In this document: piece after piece, positions 63,063 to 64,000 of the stretch | Position numbering within the stretch: the first letter of the stretch is position 1 | Layout: every line of letters starts with the position of its first letter | NCBI GenBank assembly: GCA_963730615.1 | Contig: CAVSSR010000010.1 | Location: 479-64,478 of the forward strand | Length of the DNA: 64,000 nt | Origin: an uncultured Bacteroidales bacterium | GTDB taxonomy: Bacteria > Bacteroidota > Bacteroidia > Bacteroidales > VadinHA17 | Direction of reading: 5' to 3' | Translations under genes and position numbers: made by a program | The notes under the pieces: generated by a model | What the model was told of the DNA's origin: nothing | Seen by the model: only the letters and a program-made list of their open reading frames with translations | Databases searched by the model: none

Positions 63063-64000
63063 CTATAGAAAAGAGGATTGATGCCCTCTCGGGTCTGGGC
63101 ACCGTGATGCGCAACAGCGCTGATGGTGTGGCCGGTGGCCATGACGGAGGCTTCGGTGGTCTTATTGATACCCTGCACCTCTCAAACCCATGGTTCACTC
63201 CTGACAACGTCAGGCGTGCCATCTCATCCATCGGCAACATCCTTACAGCAGAGAAGCTGTACCGGTGGCTGTCAGCGTACCCTGAACTGAACGACGGACA
63301 TAAGCCTGCTACGGTGGGTGTGGTGATGGCCGGGAACATACCCCTCGTGGGATTCCATGATCTTCTCTGCGTGCTGATAACCGGCAACCTTCTGCAGGCA
63401 AAGCTGAGCACAAAAGATGAACACCTGATGAGGGCAGTGGTTGAGACACTCATCTCGCTGGAGCCTGCCTTTAAAGATTATATTCAGCTCGTAACCGGTA
63501 AACTTTCCGGCTTTGACGTAGTTATAGCGACAGGCAGCAATAATACATCCAGGTATTTCGAATACTATTTCAGGAATATACCTTCAGTTATCCGCCAAAA
63601 CCGTAACAGCATCGCCATTCTTGACGGCACAGAAACTGCCGATGAACTTACACTTCTCGGAGATGACATTTTCTCGTACTTCGGGCTGGGATGCCGCAAT
63701 ATTTCAAAGCTGTATCTCCCGGCAGGATACGAAGTCACACGGCTGCCGGACTTCTGGAAACGATATGAGACACTGCGGGGACACTACAAGTATGCTGTCA
63801 ATTATGACCATAACAAGGCGGTCATGATAGTCAACCGGGAGCCCTTCACCGATGCCGGCTTTGTTATGCTCAGACACGACACATCACTGACGCCTCCGAT
63901 GGCGGTGGTCAACTACGAGTTTTATGATGCTCCTGAGATGCCGGAACAAGAGGCTGAAAGACTAAAAAACCGGTTGCAGTGCGTGACAGGCCACGGGCAC
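63044..64000 (+). CDS. Acyl-CoA reductase (LuxC-family)-like protein, partial at the right edge; start codon unresolved
   Basis: The frame is open from 63002 to the window end. Hand translation gives ...IEKRIDALSGLGTVM...WFTPDNVRRAI...VGVVMAGNIPLVGFHDLLCVLITGN...ATGSNNTSRYFEYYF...FSYFGLGCRNISKLY. The only in-frame candidate start before the conserved N-terminus is the GTG at 63044, inside the terminator hairpin. Confidence 0.6.
   Translation, partial: MKTGFFSIEKRIDALSGLGTVMRNSADGVAGGHDGGFGGLIDTLHLSNPWFTPDNVRRAISSIGNILTAEKLYRWLSAYPELNDGHKPATVGVVMAGNIPLVGFHDLLCVLITGNLLQAKLSTKDEHLMRAVVETLISLEPAFKDYIQLVTGKLSGFDVVIATGSNNTSRYFEYYFRNIPSVIRQNRNSIAILDGTETADELTLLGDDIFSYFGLGCRNISKLYLPAGYEVTRLPDFWKRYETLRGHYKYAVNYDHNKAVMIVNREPFTDAGFVMLRHDTSLTPPMAVVNYEFYDAPEMPEQEAERLKNRLQCVTGHGH

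Overview
Bacteroidota-type chromosomal segment. Supporting evidence: TAnnTTTG -7 boxes, no Shine-Dalgarno sequences, PorT/S46/DUF3467 genes, and the typical block rpsU-integrase-hpf-tRNA(Thr,Tyr,Gly,Thr)-tuf-tRNA-Trp-secE-nusG-rplKAJL-rpoBC at 28.8-43.5 kb. The right two thirds (18.7-64 kb) are ordinary housekeeping and metabolic genes: CoA-enzyme activase, S46 peptidase, maf, UbiA prenyltransferase, kdsC, Omp85-family protein, TrmH methyltransferase, porT, ubiE, SDR, nitroreductase, BNR protein, msrBA, gap, BlaI/BlaR1-TonB and a LuxC-like reductase. The left 18.5 kb is an envelope/stress gene island. It holds mlaEFD plus an Omp85-like gene, an OmpA-like lipoprotein, two porin-family barrels, an AI-2E transporter, YtxH, holin-like and lmo0937-type small membrane proteins, an M1 peptidase, a kaiC-kaiB-kaiB-PAS cluster and an AraC-family regulator. 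Main finding: the nine gene blocks of this island that I could assign a promoter to (all except the AraC gene) are each preceded by one copy of a rigid ~68-bp composite promoter, ATGTGTGAATnATGTAAY-N15-TGTAAC-N21-TAnnTTTG. I did not see this module in the other 45 kb. This suggests one dedicated activator-dependent regulon that includes the Kai timer genes. Separately, at least 10 single-nucleotide frame disruptions occur, including two in rpoB and one in tuf, so most apparent pseudogenes are probably indel errors in the assembly. Several sub-threshold small ORFs, intergenic microsatellites and hairpins are also reported. All calls rest on reading the sequence and ORF translations by eye; no database search was run.
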